DNA of 64,000 bases from Candidatus Bathyarchaeia archaeon (GTDB taxonomy: Archaea; Thermoproteota; Bathyarchaeia; Bathyarchaeales; Bathycorpusculaceae): positions 1-64,000 of the forward strand of contig JBEKGO010000002.1 of NCBI GenBank assembly GCA_050012755.1. Direction: 5' to 3'. Positions 20,147-30,993 of this stretch are shown in pieces (within the stretch, counting starts at the first letter, position 1; each line of letters opens with the position of its first letter). The notes beneath the pieces were generated by a model. It made no database searches and was not told where the DNA came from. It saw only the letters and a program-made list of their open reading frames with translations. The position numbers and the translations under genes are program-made.

Positions 20147-21205
20147 ATGAACAATACAAAAAGACCCGCACATGTAAATGCTATTTTCGCAATTTTAATT
20201 CTTGGATTAATCGCCTTCATTCTTTATCTATACTTCTACGTTAATCCCGCAGATGTCATAAATATACTCTCTAGAACAAATCTCTACTACTACACAGGTG
20301 CCTTTGCGGCTTATTTTATTTGTACTTTCTTCTCTTCTCTGGTTTGGCGCAACTTGCTGAACAATCTATCAGTAAAAATAAGCGTGCGAAAAGTTCTCCT
20401 GTTCACGTGGGTTGGATTATTTTTTGATGCAACAGTTCCCCAGTTGGGATGGTCTGGAGAAATATCAAAAACTTACATGTTAACTAAAGACACAGATTAT
20501 GATACTGGGAAAGTGGCATCTTCTGTGGTTGGACAAAAGATTTTTGTTATAACAATCACTGATGTTGCTCTAACCCTCGGTCTAGCATTAGTACTGAATA
20601 GTTATCCCTTGCCATTCATTGTTACCTTCTTCATCGCCCTAGTATTAGCTCTTTCAGTTTTGTCCCTAATGCTCATTTATTATGTCAGCCTTAAGCCGAA
20701 GGCAACAAAAACATTGTTAACCTGGGGAATAAGAATAGTTTCATTTTTTAGGAAAAAATGGGACCCAAAAGAATTTAGCCTCAGAGCAGAGGAAGTTTTG
20801 GGTAAATTTCATTCAGGCATAAAAGAGCTGAAGGCTAATCCTAAAGCCCTAGTTAAACCAATAATATATGCCATTACAAGTTTTATTTTCGAAGTTTCAG
20901 TCATATTTTTGACTTTTGTGGCGCTGGGTTATCCGGTTCCCGTTGATAAAGTGCTTATTGTTTTCACTTTAACTGGAACGCTTCAGACGGTTGGAGTAAC
21001 GTTTTTTGGTTTTCCTGAGTTAATTATGAGTGTTTCATTTACTGCTCTTGGGATTCCTGCGGCGCTGAGTGTTTCCGTTACGTTGCTAACTAGAGTTGTG
21101 ACTTTATGGTTTAGGCTAATTATTTCTTATGCTGCTCTACAATGGGCAGGAATAAAAATTATGCAAAGAAAACAAAACATCGGTTCTGACAATTTACCAA
21201 AATGA
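20147..21205 (+). CDS. UPF0104 / lysylphosphatidylglycerol-synthase-TM flippase-like membrane protein
   Basis: Multi-TM; WRNLL, VGLFFD-TVP..SGE, TLLTRVVTLW pattern. Confidence 0.8.
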   Translation: MNNTKRPAHVNAIFAILILGLIAFILYLYFYVNPADVINILSRTNLYYYTGAFAAYFICTFFSSLVWRNLLNNLSVKISVRKVLLFTWVGLFFDATVPQLGWSGEISKTYMLTKDTDYDTGKVASSVVGQKIFVITITDVALTLGLALVLNSYPLPFIVTFFIALVLALSVLSLMLIYYVSLKPKATKTLLTWGIRIVSFFRKKWDPKEFSLRAEEVLGKFHSGIKELKANPKALVKPIIYAITSFIFEVSVIFLTFVALGYPVPVDKVLIVFTLTGTLQTVGVTFFGFPELIMSVSFTALGIPAALSVSVTLLTRVVTLWFRLIISYAALQWAGIKIMQRKQNIGSDNLPK

Positions 21206-21297
21206 GTTTTAAACGATAATTCAAGCACTGTCTTGCAATGCGTCTAGGAAACTTTTTAATGCACTGTAAACTTATCAATTCTTAGAGAATGATTGAT

Positions 21298-21534
21298 ATG
21301 CCCACAGCCTTTGTTCTAATTAATACCGAAATAGGTTCAGAATCAGATGTTTTAAAGGCGGTAAAAGGAGTTGAAGGTGTAGAAGAAGCTTCAGCCGTTT
21401 ACGGAGTCTACGACATAGTCGCAAGAGTCAAAGCTGACACAATGGATAAGCTAAAAGAAATAGTGACATGGCGCATTCGAAAACTCGACAAAGTACGGTC
21501 AACATTGACAATGATCGTTGTTGAGGAACGATAA
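21298..21534 (+). CDS. Stand-alone Lrp/AsnC RAM domain protein
   Basis: MPTAFVLINTEIG...YGVYDIV...VRSTLTMIV. Confidence 0.9.
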   Translation: MPTAFVLINTEIGSESDVLKAVKGVEGVEEASAVYGVYDIVARVKADTMDKLKEIVTWRIRKLDKVRSTLTMIVVEER

Positions 21535-21959
21535 CATACTCATTTAAACTTTTTTTTCTTTTACTTATGTCACCTCAAACAGACACCAAATCTATTGCCC
21601 ATAAAATTTTAGTGTACAATCTTGAATTATTAGCCAGTTTTTCAGTTGAAGCATTATTTTAGTAAGCGCTAAGTTGTGACTGCCGACATACAGTCACATA
21701 ATTTTAAATTTTATACAATTGATTTAAAAGTCCCATGCATTTGGAGCAGTGAAGGAAGACTTGCAAATCTTCAATAATATTTCAGGAAGAAGCCACAGAA
21801 TAATAGTATACTTCACTGTAAGCAGATGCATGCAATTTTTTATTGGTTTGATGAAGAGGTTTGGATACACCCAAGAAGCCTTTTTCGTTCCCTTGAACAA
21901 AAAAGCACATCCAAACCTCTGAGACCCAAAACATAAAAATCGATTGGAGATTAACAAAA

Positions 21960-22247
21960 ATGCCCACAGCGTATGTACTCTTAAATACGGAAATTGGAGC
22001 TGAAAACCAAGTACTGAAAGCACTAAAGAAAATTGAAGGCGTTGAAGAAGCACACAACCTATGGGGAATTTACGACATAATTGCAAACATAAAAGCTGAA
22101 AACATGGAAAAACTCAAACTTATTGTCACCAAAAAAATTTCGAAAATTGCTAAAATAAATTCAAAACTTACTATGATAATAGATGAAAAACCATCCTCTG
22201 CATTGCAAGAACAAGTTTTTTCTAAATCAAACCCCCTTATTACATAA
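21960..22247 (+). CDS. Stand-alone Lrp/AsnC RAM domain protein
   Basis: MPTAYVLLNTEIG...WGIYDII... Confidence 0.88.
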   Translation: MPTAYVLLNTEIGAENQVLKALKKIEGVEEAHNLWGIYDIIANIKAENMEKLKLIVTKKISKIAKINSKLTMIIDEKPSSALQEQVFSKSNPLIT

Positions 22248-22334
22248 TTAAACCTCTATTTTTTGGGTATAAAAACAATATTTTTTTTACTCTCGCAGAT
22301 TATTCTTTATTTTACATCGGAGAATAAGCTAGCT

Positions 22335-23693
22335 TTGATTCGGCAACAGATAATGAACATAGGTTTAGACGATACTGACTCAACGAAAGGAGGCTGCACA
22401 ACTTACCTTGCAGCATTACTTATTGAAAAACTCGAAAAATATAATGTTCAATTTACTGATTATCCTAATCTCATACGGCTTAATCCAAATGTGCCATGGA
22501 AAACAAGGGGCAACGGCGCATTATGTTTAAGATTCAAATATGAAGAAGCCTTCGAAGAAGAAATCAAAGAAACAGCTATAGATTTATGGGAAACAAACTC
22601 TGCTATCAAAGAAAAAGGCACTGACCCGGGAATAATTTTTTTTAAAGGTCAAGAGATCCCTGAGGAACTAAAATTCTTTGCGAAAAAGACGGAAACAAGC
22701 ATTGTAAAAATAAAAGATGCATTGGCGCTAATCAATAAGTTTGAAGCTGAAGCGTTAGGATTTAACTCTTGCAGAGGCATCATCGGCGCTTTAGCAGCAA
22801 TCGGAGAAACCTTGGATGGGGATTATACCTACGAATTAATTGCTTATCGAGAACCACAAAACTGGGGTTCAAAGCGGAAGGTGGATGAAGCATCAATTTT
22901 TGAGATGGATAAGAAATTGCAGCCTTACACTTTCAACAACGTGGATGAAGAAACAGGTAGGGTAATTATTACGCCGCGGGGTCCGGACCCAATTTTCTTC
23001 GGCATTAGAGGTGAATCAGCCGAAATAGTCAAGGAAGCATACGGGTTGGTTAAGCCGCTTGAACCTGTTGAGCGCTGGATTATTTTCCGCTCGAACCAAG
23101 GCACAGATGCCCACCTAAAACACGTTGACACATTAAGCAACATCGAATCATATGGTTCAGTTATCGTGAGAGCAGCCGTTTCACAGAATCCGCGGATTGT
23201 TCCCTTGCGCCACATTATTTTTTCAATTAAGGATAATTCAGCGGAAGTGGATTGTGCAGCTTATGAGCCGACCGGCAACCTCCGGAAAATCGCAAGAGAA
23301 CTCATCGTTGGCGACTGCATTGAAGCCTACGGAGCCGCACGCAAAGCAACACGAACCAAGCCATTAACGATTAACCTCGAAAAAATTAACATCCTAAACC
23401 TCAAAATTAAAACGTCATCTGAGAATCCGCTCTGCCCCCAATGTGGAAAACGATTGAAATCGATGGGCAAAAACCAAGGGTTCCGTTGCGAAAAATGCAG
23501 CGGAAAATTCGATCAGCTAAAGAAAAAAGACACATCTATTCCTAGACTTGTTAGATCTGGCTTGTACACAACTTCAACAAGGTCTCAAAGACATCTTACA
23601 AAACCACTTCGACGCTGTGGTTTAGAAAAAAACGCCTCTAATCATGCGCCTATGATTGAAGGCTGGCATTCTCGTCCAATAGAAAACAAGTGA
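22335..23693 (+). CDS. tiaS: tRNA(Ile2) agmatinylcytidine synthase (start approximate)
   Basis: IGLDDTDS..GGCTTY, RLNPNVPWKTRGNGA, SNQGTDAH, AAYEPT, NPLCPQCG...CEKC, HLTKP. Confidence 0.95.
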   Translation: MIRQQIMNIGLDDTDSTKGGCTTYLAALLIEKLEKYNVQFTDYPNLIRLNPNVPWKTRGNGALCLRFKYEEAFEEEIKETAIDLWETNSAIKEKGTDPGIIFFKGQEIPEELKFFAKKTETSIVKIKDALALINKFEAEALGFNSCRGIIGALAAIGETLDGDYTYELIAYREPQNWGSKRKVDEASIFEMDKKLQPYTFNNVDEETGRVIITPRGPDPIFFGIRGESAEIVKEAYGLVKPLEPVERWIIFRSNQGTDAHLKHVDTLSNIESYGSVIVRAAVSQNPRIVPLRHIIFSIKDNSAEVDCAAYEPTGNLRKIARELIVGDCIEAYGAARKATRTKPLTINLEKINILNLKIKTSSENPLCPQCGKRLKSMGKNQGFRCEKCSGKFDQLKKKDTSIPRLVRSGLYTTSTRSQRHLTKPLRRCGLEKNASNHAPMIEGWHSRPIENK

Positions 23694-23913
23694 AATTATT
23701 AAAAGCACATTCTTGCCAATCAATGATCAGCTCTAACAGTTTTTCGTTAGCCAAGAATCTTATTCGTTGGCAAAAAATAGGCGATTTTAGAAAATTAAGT
23801 ATCCAAGTCCGAAGCTCATGAGCGTTTTGAACTCTAGCTCGTGATTCAATATCTTCTTGCGGGAAGATTAAGCTCTTAGCTGTGTGCTTTGTTTATTCTA
23901 ACGAGATAGCAGT

Positions 23914-24678
23914 TTAGCTTTTGATTTTCCGGCTCGTTCTTCTCTTTGCAATGATGACCCCCGCCAAGACTACAACCACAGAAACAACTAACGTAATTCC
24001 AAGTAGCTGACTCGAAAACTCAGGAACTGTAGGCGAAGAATTTATTGTTGGTGTTGTCGTAGGAGCTAATGTGGGGGTAGCGGTAGGTGCGACAGTGGGA
24101 ACGGCAGTAGGAACGGCAGTAGGAACTGCAGTTGGAGTTGCAGTAGGTGCTGGTGTTGGGGTAGGAGCTGGAGTGGGAGTTGGAGTAGGAGTTGGAGTAG
24201 GAGTTGGTGTGGGTGTTGCTGTCGGAGCTGGAGTAGGTGATGGAGTGGGAGTTGGAGCGCTTCCGACGCTAAAGGTTGTTGAGTTTGATGCTAACTGCTG
24301 ACCGCTTGAAGCTGCAACTGCCAAAAGCGAGTAGGTTCCAGCTGGTCCAGTTGGGTCACTGAAACTTGTGTTGTATGTTCCCGATGCTCCCGTAAAGAAG
24401 ATGTTACTATAGGCGAGGTTGCTGGCTGAGTCGTAAACGATAACACTAACAAGAATGTTTGGTTGTGGGACCCCATTGTTTGTTAAGTTGCCTGTAATGG
24501 TAATCAAATCGCCTACTTGGTAGTTTATTTTGTCGCTGGTTGTTGTTAAGTTCCATCCTGAAGCTGCAGTGACGGCTGGTATGATAATTGCCAGAGTAAG
24601 AGCCAAAAGGAGGACCGCACAGAGCACAGTTTTTAGTATTAATTGAGGGTTAAAGGGGGCAGCCTGTTTTGGTTTCAT
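23914..24678 (-). CDS. Secreted Ig-like protein with Pro/Thr linker and VPEF C-terminal sorting signal
   Basis: Signal peptide; [10 protein letters not shown] Ig-like domain; PT repeats; VPEF + TM + KRR tail. Confidence 0.85.
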   Translation of the reverse strand: MKPKQAAPFNPQLILKTVLCAVLLLALTLAIIIPAVTAASGWNLTTTSDKINYQVGDLITITGNLTNNGVPQPNILVSVIVYDSASNLAYSNIFFTGASGTYNTSFSDPTGPAGTYSLLAVAASSGQQLASNSTTFSVGSAPTPTPSPTPAPTATPTPTPTPTPTPTPTPAPTPTPAPTATPTAVPTAVPTAVPTVAPTATPTLAPTTTPTINSSPTVPEFSSQLLGITLVVSVVVVLAGVIIAKRRTSRKIKS

Positions 24679-24843
24679 AGGTATGGTACTTCAGTGTGCA
24701 TTAATAGGTTTTACGTTTTCCATAGCAGAAAAACGATATTGCGCAACGGTTGAACAACACCAAGTGGATAACTATTTAAATGTAAGATCCTCGTACCCAT
24801 TAAAAGCTAAGATAACAACTAATGAAAATGGAGCGCCGAAAAG

Positions 24844-27645
24844 TTGAAGCAGTTTGCAGAGGAAGATTATGTTCTTCCATTCTTTAAGCAAGAAGGTTTT
24901 GTTAGAAAGCATTGTCCAAAATGTGGAGAATACTATTGGACACAAAATGAGAAACAGGAAACATGCGGCGAATCAACTTCTGACGAATGCGGATGTTACA
25001 CCTTCATAAACAATCCAGCAACAAAGAAAAGTTTCAACCTTCCCGAGATGAGAGAGGCTTTCCTCTCGTTTTTCGAGAAAGAAGGACATACGCGAATCAA
25101 ACCTTACCCTGTTGTGGCAAGGTGGCGCAAAGACATTTACCTAACTCACGCCAGCATAATTGATTTTCAACCATACGTAACCGAAGGCATCGCCCCTCCA
25201 CCAGCGAACCCGCTGGTGATTTCACAGCCATCCATCAGACTAACCGACATTTCTAATACAGGCCCCACTTTTGGCAGGCACCTCACCATTTTCGAGATGG
25301 GTGGAGCACACGCATTCAATTATCCAGACAAAGAAATTTACTGGAAAGATGACACTGTCCGTTTCCACCAACGGTTTGCAACTGAAGCTTTAGGCATAAA
25401 GTCAGATGAGATTATTTACAAGGAGGGCGTGTGGGTTGGTGGAGGTAACGCTGGACCTGATGTGGAATGCATTGTTCGTGGCTTGGAAGTCGGCACTTTA
25501 GTTTTCATGCAGTATAAGGTAGTTGGTGAAGAATTCGTTGAGTTGCCCATTCGCACGGTTGACACGGGTTACGGAATTGACCGTTTCACGTGGATCAGCC
25601 AAGGTGTTCCAAGCTTATTCCAAGCGATTTACGGAAAGATGCTGAATAAAATCTATGCAATGGCGGGAATAACCAATGTTGATGACGATTTCTTGTCCCT
25701 TGTGGCGAAGTATTCTGGGTTGGTCAGCGTTGACAAAAACGCGAATAGAATGGTTACTCGCAAGCGAGTAGCTGAACTTACAGGATTAGATTTGCAAACT
25801 CTCGAGAAGGTGTTGGTTCCCATTGAAAACGCTTGGGCAGTGACTGATCATACCAAAACCTTAAGCTTCATTCTTTCCGAAGGAGTTGTTCCATCAAACA
25901 TTCAAGAAGGCTATTTGGCAAGATTGCTGTTCCGCAGGGTTTACCGCTTAATGCGAACCCTAAACATGGAACCAGAACAACTTTACGACATCATAGATAT
26001 GCAAGTTGCTTTATGGTCAAAAGATTTTCCTCGCATTAAAGAAATGCAAAAGGAAATTGTTGAAATGCTTAGAGTTGAGGAAGAAAAGTTCAAAGACACA
26101 TTAGCCCGCGGAGAAGGCATGGTTAAACGAATAGCTAACGACCTGAAAGCAAAAGGAACAGGAAAATTGCCCATGGACACACTAACAGAACTGTACGATT
26201 CACATGGGCTTCCACCAGAAATTGTGAAGCAGGCAGCAGAGAAGGAAGGCGTGCAAGTGGAGATGCCTGAGAACTTTTACGCTTTAATCGCTAAACGGCA
26301 CATGCAAGCATCTAAACCAGCTGAAGAGGAAGAAACTCAAGCAGAAAAAAGCTTGGAAAAAACAGCTGAGACACTGCCTGCAACGGAACAACTGTATTAT
26401 GCAGACACTTACATGAAAGAGTTTGATGCTAAAGTTCTCAAAGTAATCAACGAAAAGTATGTTGTTTTGGACAGGACATGTTTCTACCCCGAAGGCGGTG
26501 GCCAACCTGCAGACCATGGATGGCTAAAAGCTGGCACGTCAAAATTCGATGTAGATGACACCCAAAAAATCGGCAAAGTCATAGTCCACAAACTTGGCTC
26601 TTCACCGACATTTAAGGAAGGCAGCGTTGTTCACGGCATTCTTGACTGGGACAGACGCTACTCACTGATGAAAGCGCATACTGTTACCCATTTGATTAAT
26701 GGAGCTGCAAGAAGGGTTTTAGGCGAGCATGTTTGGCAATCAGGCACGCAAAAGGGCTTGGAAACATCGCGGCTTGACATTTCTCATTATAAAAGATTGA
26801 GCCCTGAAGAAATTCACAAGATTGAGCGGCTGGCGAACGGTGCGATTGCTGCTAACATGAAAGTTGAGATAAAGTGGTATCCACGTAATGAAGCGGAATC
26901 ACGCTACGGATTCAGACTTTACCAAGGCGGCGCTGTTCCAGGCAAAGACATCCGCGTTGTGAAGACCGGAGATTGGGATGTAGAAGCGTGTGCTGGAACC
27001 CATTTAGGAAACACTTTGGAGGTTGGCTTTGTAAAAATCGTTTACACTGAACGCGTGCAGGATGGAGTTGAACGTTTAGGATATGCTGTTGGATCAGAAG
27101 CGTTGAAGGCAGTGCAGAAACAGGAAAGTCTGCTCTGGAACGTCTCAGAAGTTCTGACTTCCCCAATCGATAAGTTAGACAAAACTGCAGAAAAAATCGT
27201 CAAAGAACTAAGAGAAGCTAATGTTGAGAAACGTAAACTGATCAAGGAACTGGCTGAAAAGGAAAGCTCTACGGGGCAGGCAAAAAAGAACGAGGCAACA
27301 GTAGAATTTGGAGGCATATCAATTGTTAAACGGGATTTCGGAGAAGCTATTGACATTAACCGTATGTTACAAACCGCATCTGAAATCATAAAACGAAATG
27401 ACGCAGCCGTTACGTTGTTTTATGGATCAGATGGAAAATCCTGCAGACTTATGATTATGGCTGGAGAAACATCTGTTCAGAAAGGTGTTAATGCTGGAAA
27501 CATTATGAAGGAAGTTGCGCCGATTTTCGGTGGCGGAGGCGGCGGACGACCCAACTTTGCACAGGGTGGCGGAACAAAACCTGACAAACTACGAGAAGCT
27601 CTAGAAGCAGCAGAAGACACAGTTAAGAAACAGGTAAAACTCTAA
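24844..27645 (+). CDS. alaS: Alanine--tRNA ligase (archaeal type)
   Basis: YPVVARWR, GRHLTIFEMG, DTGYG, FYPEGGGQPAD, HTVTH, ACAGTH, GGGGGRPNFAQGGG. Confidence 0.97.
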   Translation: MKQFAEEDYVLPFFKQEGFVRKHCPKCGEYYWTQNEKQETCGESTSDECGCYTFINNPATKKSFNLPEMREAFLSFFEKEGHTRIKPYPVVARWRKDIYLTHASIIDFQPYVTEGIAPPPANPLVISQPSIRLTDISNTGPTFGRHLTIFEMGGAHAFNYPDKEIYWKDDTVRFHQRFATEALGIKSDEIIYKEGVWVGGGNAGPDVECIVRGLEVGTLVFMQYKVVGEEFVELPIRTVDTGYGIDRFTWISQGVPSLFQAIYGKMLNKIYAMAGITNVDDDFLSLVAKYSGLVSVDKNANRMVTRKRVAELTGLDLQTLEKVLVPIENAWAVTDHTKTLSFILSEGVVPSNIQEGYLARLLFRRVYRLMRTLNMEPEQLYDIIDMQVALWSKDFPRIKEMQKEIVEMLRVEEEKFKDTLARGEGMVKRIANDLKAKGTGKLPMDTLTELYDSHGLPPEIVKQAAEKEGVQVEMPENFYALIAKRHMQASKPAEEEETQAEKSLEKTAETLPATEQLYYADTYMKEFDAKVLKVINEKYVVLDRTCFYPEGGGQPADHGWLKAGTSKFDVDDTQKIGKVIVHKLGSSPTFKEGSVVHGILDWDRRYSLMKAHTVTHLINGAARRVLGEHVWQSGTQKGLETSRLDISHYKRLSPEEIHKIERLANGAIAANMKVEIKWYPRNEAESRYGFRLYQGGAVPGKDIRVVKTGDWDVEACAGTHLGNTLEVGFVKIVYTERVQDGVERLGYAVGSEALKAVQKQESLLWNVSEVLTSPIDKLDKTAEKIVKELREANVEKRKLIKELAEKESSTGQAKKNEATVEFGGISIVKRDFGEAIDINRMLQTASEIIKRNDAAVTLFYGSDGKSCRLMIMAGETSVQKGVNAGNIMKEVAPIFGGGGGGRPNFAQGGGTKPDKLREALEAAEDTVKKQVKL

Positions 27646-27986
27646 TTTGTGGAAGCACGTCCGTTCAAAACTCTGTCCTTTTTGAAGGAGCAGGCGACAT
27701 AAGGGAAATGTGCCATGGCACAGTGCAAGTCAATCGCTAGTTCTTTTGCTTACTTGACAAGCAGTCAATGCTTTCTTGCAAACAGCTAATCCCTTATACG
27801 ATTTTAGACACTCTCAATGCCCCCACACCCCCCCACATAACTATTAATGGGATGGTTAGAACGTGCAATATTATTTCTCGAATACCTCCTTTTTGTGATT
27901 TTTTGAACAGAAAATTTATAAGCATGCAGGCACGCTGCTGCAGCAGGTGAAGCGGTGCAAAATCGCTTAAGCACTGGTGACGGTAT

Positions 27987-28379
27987 ATGCGCAGAAGTTT
28001 AACAGTGACCCCTGAAAACGACAAAAAAATCCTACTCACAAAAGGACGATTCCTAACAGGAGACGCCCCCTTTGACATAGATTATACCACGCTAGTCAAC
28101 ATATTCGTAGAGCTCGGCCATAAACTAATGACGTCAGCATGGAACGACAGCGCAAACCCCAACGTAGTCATCGACAAAAATGAGATAATAGAATCCTTCA
28201 AAAAGCACTTCTTCAATGCTGAACTCAAAGAAGAAGCAGTTGGAGATCTAGTGGCCGAGATCATATTTAGAAAGCTCGTTGAACAATCTAACAACCAAAT
28301 CCAGCAAGAACAAACCCCAGAATTGCCTATTAAACAACTAAAGCCCAAGGACACAAAAAAGGAAAAATACATCGCATAG
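27987..28379 (+). CDS. Hypothetical protein heading the grpE-dnaK-dnaJ cluster
   Basis: 130-aa ORF ending 26 nt before grpE; TATA-like AATTTATAA upstream. Confidence 0.65.
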   Translation: MRRSLTVTPENDKKILLTKGRFLTGDAPFDIDYTTLVNIFVELGHKLMTSAWNDSANPNVVIDKNEIIESFKKHFFNAELKEEAVGDLVAEIIFRKLVEQSNNQIQQEQTPELPIKQLKPKDTKKEKYIA

Positions 28380-28405
28380 AGTAGAACACATAGGAGCACA
28401 GCAAA

Positions 28406-28936
28406 ATGAGTGAAGACAAGGAACCTCAGACATCAAATTTTGAGGAACAACTTGACTGCGAAAAGAAACGTTCCGACGATTATCTGGCTAGGTTAAAGTA
28501 TTTGCAGGCCGACTTCGAGAACCTGAAAAAGAGATTTGACCGTGAATTCGAGCAAACAAAGAGCTTCTGCAATGAACGCATAGTGATGCAACTCTTAGAC
28601 GTCGTTGATGAATTGGAGCTTGCGGTCAAAAACGGTGAAATCTCCACATCGCCTGACTCGCTGATAGAAGGGGTAGAAATGACGCTAAAGAAGCTCAGAA
28701 AGGTTCTTGAGCAAGAAGGAGTCACTCCAATAGAAAGCCCTGAAGGCAAAGCTCTTGACCCAACTCGTCACAACGCTGTTGCCGTTGTTGAGCAAAATGA
28801 CATTGCCGATGGCACAGTGCTTGAAGAAATAAGAAAAGGCTACATGATGAGGGGAAAAGTCATCAGACCTACCATCGTTAAAGTAGCAGTTAAACCAAAA
28901 AATCAAAGTAACCAAACGGAGGAAAAAAATGAATGA
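28406..28936 (+). CDS. grpE: Nucleotide exchange factor GrpE
   Basis: [38 protein letters not shown]. Confidence 0.95.
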   Translation: MSEDKEPQTSNFEEQLDCEKKRSDDYLARLKYLQADFENLKKRFDREFEQTKSFCNERIVMQLLDVVDELELAVKNGEISTSPDSLIEGVEMTLKKLRKVLEQEGVTPIESPEGKALDPTRHNAVAVVEQNDIADGTVLEEIRKGYMMRGKVIRPTIVKVAVKPKNQSNQTEEKNE

Positions 28937-30861
28937 GTAATCAAAATCCAAAAACAAATCAAAAAGTGTTAGGAATAGACTTAGGAACAACCAATTCAGC
29001 AGCCGCTATTTATGAAGGCGGACATGCAACTGTTGTTCCAAGTGCCGAAGGCCCAACCATGGCGGGAAAAATGTTCCCATCAGTTGTAGCCTTCACAAAA
29101 GACGGACAACTTTTAGTAGGCGAACCTGCAAAACGCCAAGCAGCAACCAACCCAGAAGGAACAATTTTTGAAATAAAACGCAAAATGGGCTCAGACTACA
29201 AAGTTAACGTATACGGCAAAGAATACAGCCCCCAGCAGATTTCAGCGTTCATTCTTCAAAAAATAAAGAAAGATGCAGAAACCTACCTAGGCGGCACAAT
29301 CAACAAAGCCGTAATTACTGTCCCAGCACACTTTAACGACAACCAACGCCAAGCCACAAAAGATGCTGGCGAAATCGCAGGCTTCCAAGTCATGCGCATA
29401 ATCAATGAACCAACCGCTGCATGCCTCGCCTACGGCATAGATAAACTCCAGCAAGAAATGAAAATCCTTATTTTCAGTTTCGGCGGAGGCACACATGATG
29501 TCACAGTTATGGATTTTGGCAAAGGAGTCTTCCAAGTGCTCAGCACAAGCGGCGATACACAACTTGGAGGAACAGACGTTGACAAAGCAGTCATGGATTA
29601 CATACTCGGCGAATTCAAACGCCAGACAGGCATAGACATTTCAAGCGATAGAATGGCAATGCCAAGGCTAAAAGATGCGGCTGAAAAAGCCAAAATTGAA
29701 CTTTCAACTTTAATGAGCACTGACATTGATTTGCCATTTCTAACAGCAGATGCTTCAGGACCTAAACACCTACACCTAACGTTGACAAGAACAAAATTGG
29801 AGTCTCTTGCACAACCAATCGTGCAAAGGACACAGCCTACCTTGCTGAAAGCCCTTGAAGACGCAAAGCTAACCCCGCAAGGAATCGACAAAATCATTTT
29901 AATCGGTGGAATGACCAGAATGCCCCTTGTCCAAAGATTTGTGGAACAAATATTAGGTAAAGCACCAGAACGAGGACTAGACCCCATGGAATGTGTCGCC
30001 ATAGGCGCATCTATTCAAGCAGCAGTCATCACGGGCGAAGTAACAGACTTACTTCTACTTGACGTTACCCCATTGTCGCTCGGTGTAGAAACTATGGGCG
30101 GCGTAATGACCAGAGTAATGGATAAGAACACCACTATTCCGACTAAGAGAAGTCAGATCTTTACCACAGCAGCTGACTTCCAAACCGCAGTCACTATCCA
30201 TGTACTGCAAGGCGAACGTGCAATGGCACAAGACAACGTTTCGCTCGGAACCTTTAACCTTGTAGATTTGCCGCCAGCACCACGAGGTGTCCCACAAATA
30301 GAAGTAACATTTGACATCGACGCCAACGGCATAATGAACGTAACCGCTAAAGACTTAGCTACAGGAAAAGAAGCAAAAATACGCATAACAGCATCTACTA
30401 AACTATCCAAAGAAGAAAAAGAACGCTTAATCAAAGATGCCGATCAATATGCAGAGCAGGACAAAAAGAAACGAGAGGAAGCTGAACTCCGCAACAATGC
30501 TGATAGTTTAGTCTATACAGCTGAACGAACAAAAACAGATCTTGCAGGCAAAATCAACCCAGAAGAAGTAGGCAAAATCGACGCAGCAGTGACAGAACTC
30601 AAAAATGCTCTAGCAAGCAATGACATGACCCAGTTGAAAGCTAAATCTGACGCACTTCAGAAGGTTCTTCAAGAAGTTGGAACAAAGGTTTACCAGCAAG
30701 CAGCAGCTGAGCAAGCAAAACAGCAAGGACAACAACCGGGGCAAGGCCCAGAAGCAGGCGCAGGACCTCAGCCACCTCCAAGCGGCGGACCTGAAGGCCC
30801 AGGTTACGAAGGCCCAGGCGAAGAGAAAGTGGTTGATTCAGAAGACTACAAAGTAAAGTAG
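28933..30861 (+). CDS. dnaK: Chaperone DnaK (Hsp70)
   Basis: [59 protein letters not shown]. Confidence 0.98.
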   Translation: MSNQNPKTNQKVLGIDLGTTNSAAAIYEGGHATVVPSAEGPTMAGKMFPSVVAFTKDGQLLVGEPAKRQAATNPEGTIFEIKRKMGSDYKVNVYGKEYSPQQISAFILQKIKKDAETYLGGTINKAVITVPAHFNDNQRQATKDAGEIAGFQVMRIINEPTAACLAYGIDKLQQEMKILIFSFGGGTHDVTVMDFGKGVFQVLSTSGDTQLGGTDVDKAVMDYILGEFKRQTGIDISSDRMAMPRLKDAAEKAKIELSTLMSTDIDLPFLTADASGPKHLHLTLTRTKLESLAQPIVQRTQPTLLKALEDAKLTPQGIDKIILIGGMTRMPLVQRFVEQILGKAPERGLDPMECVAIGASIQAAVITGEVTDLLLLDVTPLSLGVETMGGVMTRVMDKNTTIPTKRSQIFTTAADFQTAVTIHVLQGERAMAQDNVSLGTFNLVDLPPAPRGVPQIEVTFDIDANGIMNVTAKDLATGKEAKIRITASTKLSKEEKERLIKDADQYAEQDKKKREEAELRNNADSLVYTAERTKTDLAGKINPEEVGKIDAAVTELKNALASNDMTQLKAKSDALQKVLQEVGTKVYQQAAAEQAKQQGQQPGQGPEAGAGPQPPPSGGPEGPGYEGPGEEKVVDSEDYKVK

Positions 30862-30993
30862 TCTTTTCCCATTTTTGATCTTAAAAGCGACCAAGAGGAA
30901 AAATTGGAATAATCAGGGGAAATGGTATAAATTCCAGTCTGGATAGCATACTTTTAACCTGAAAATAAAAATGCTAATTTAGCGGTAAATCTG

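Noticed and set aside
27800-27986. CIRCE element upstream of the dnaK cluster
   Set aside because: TTAGACACTCTC is only a partial resemblance and has no matching second arm
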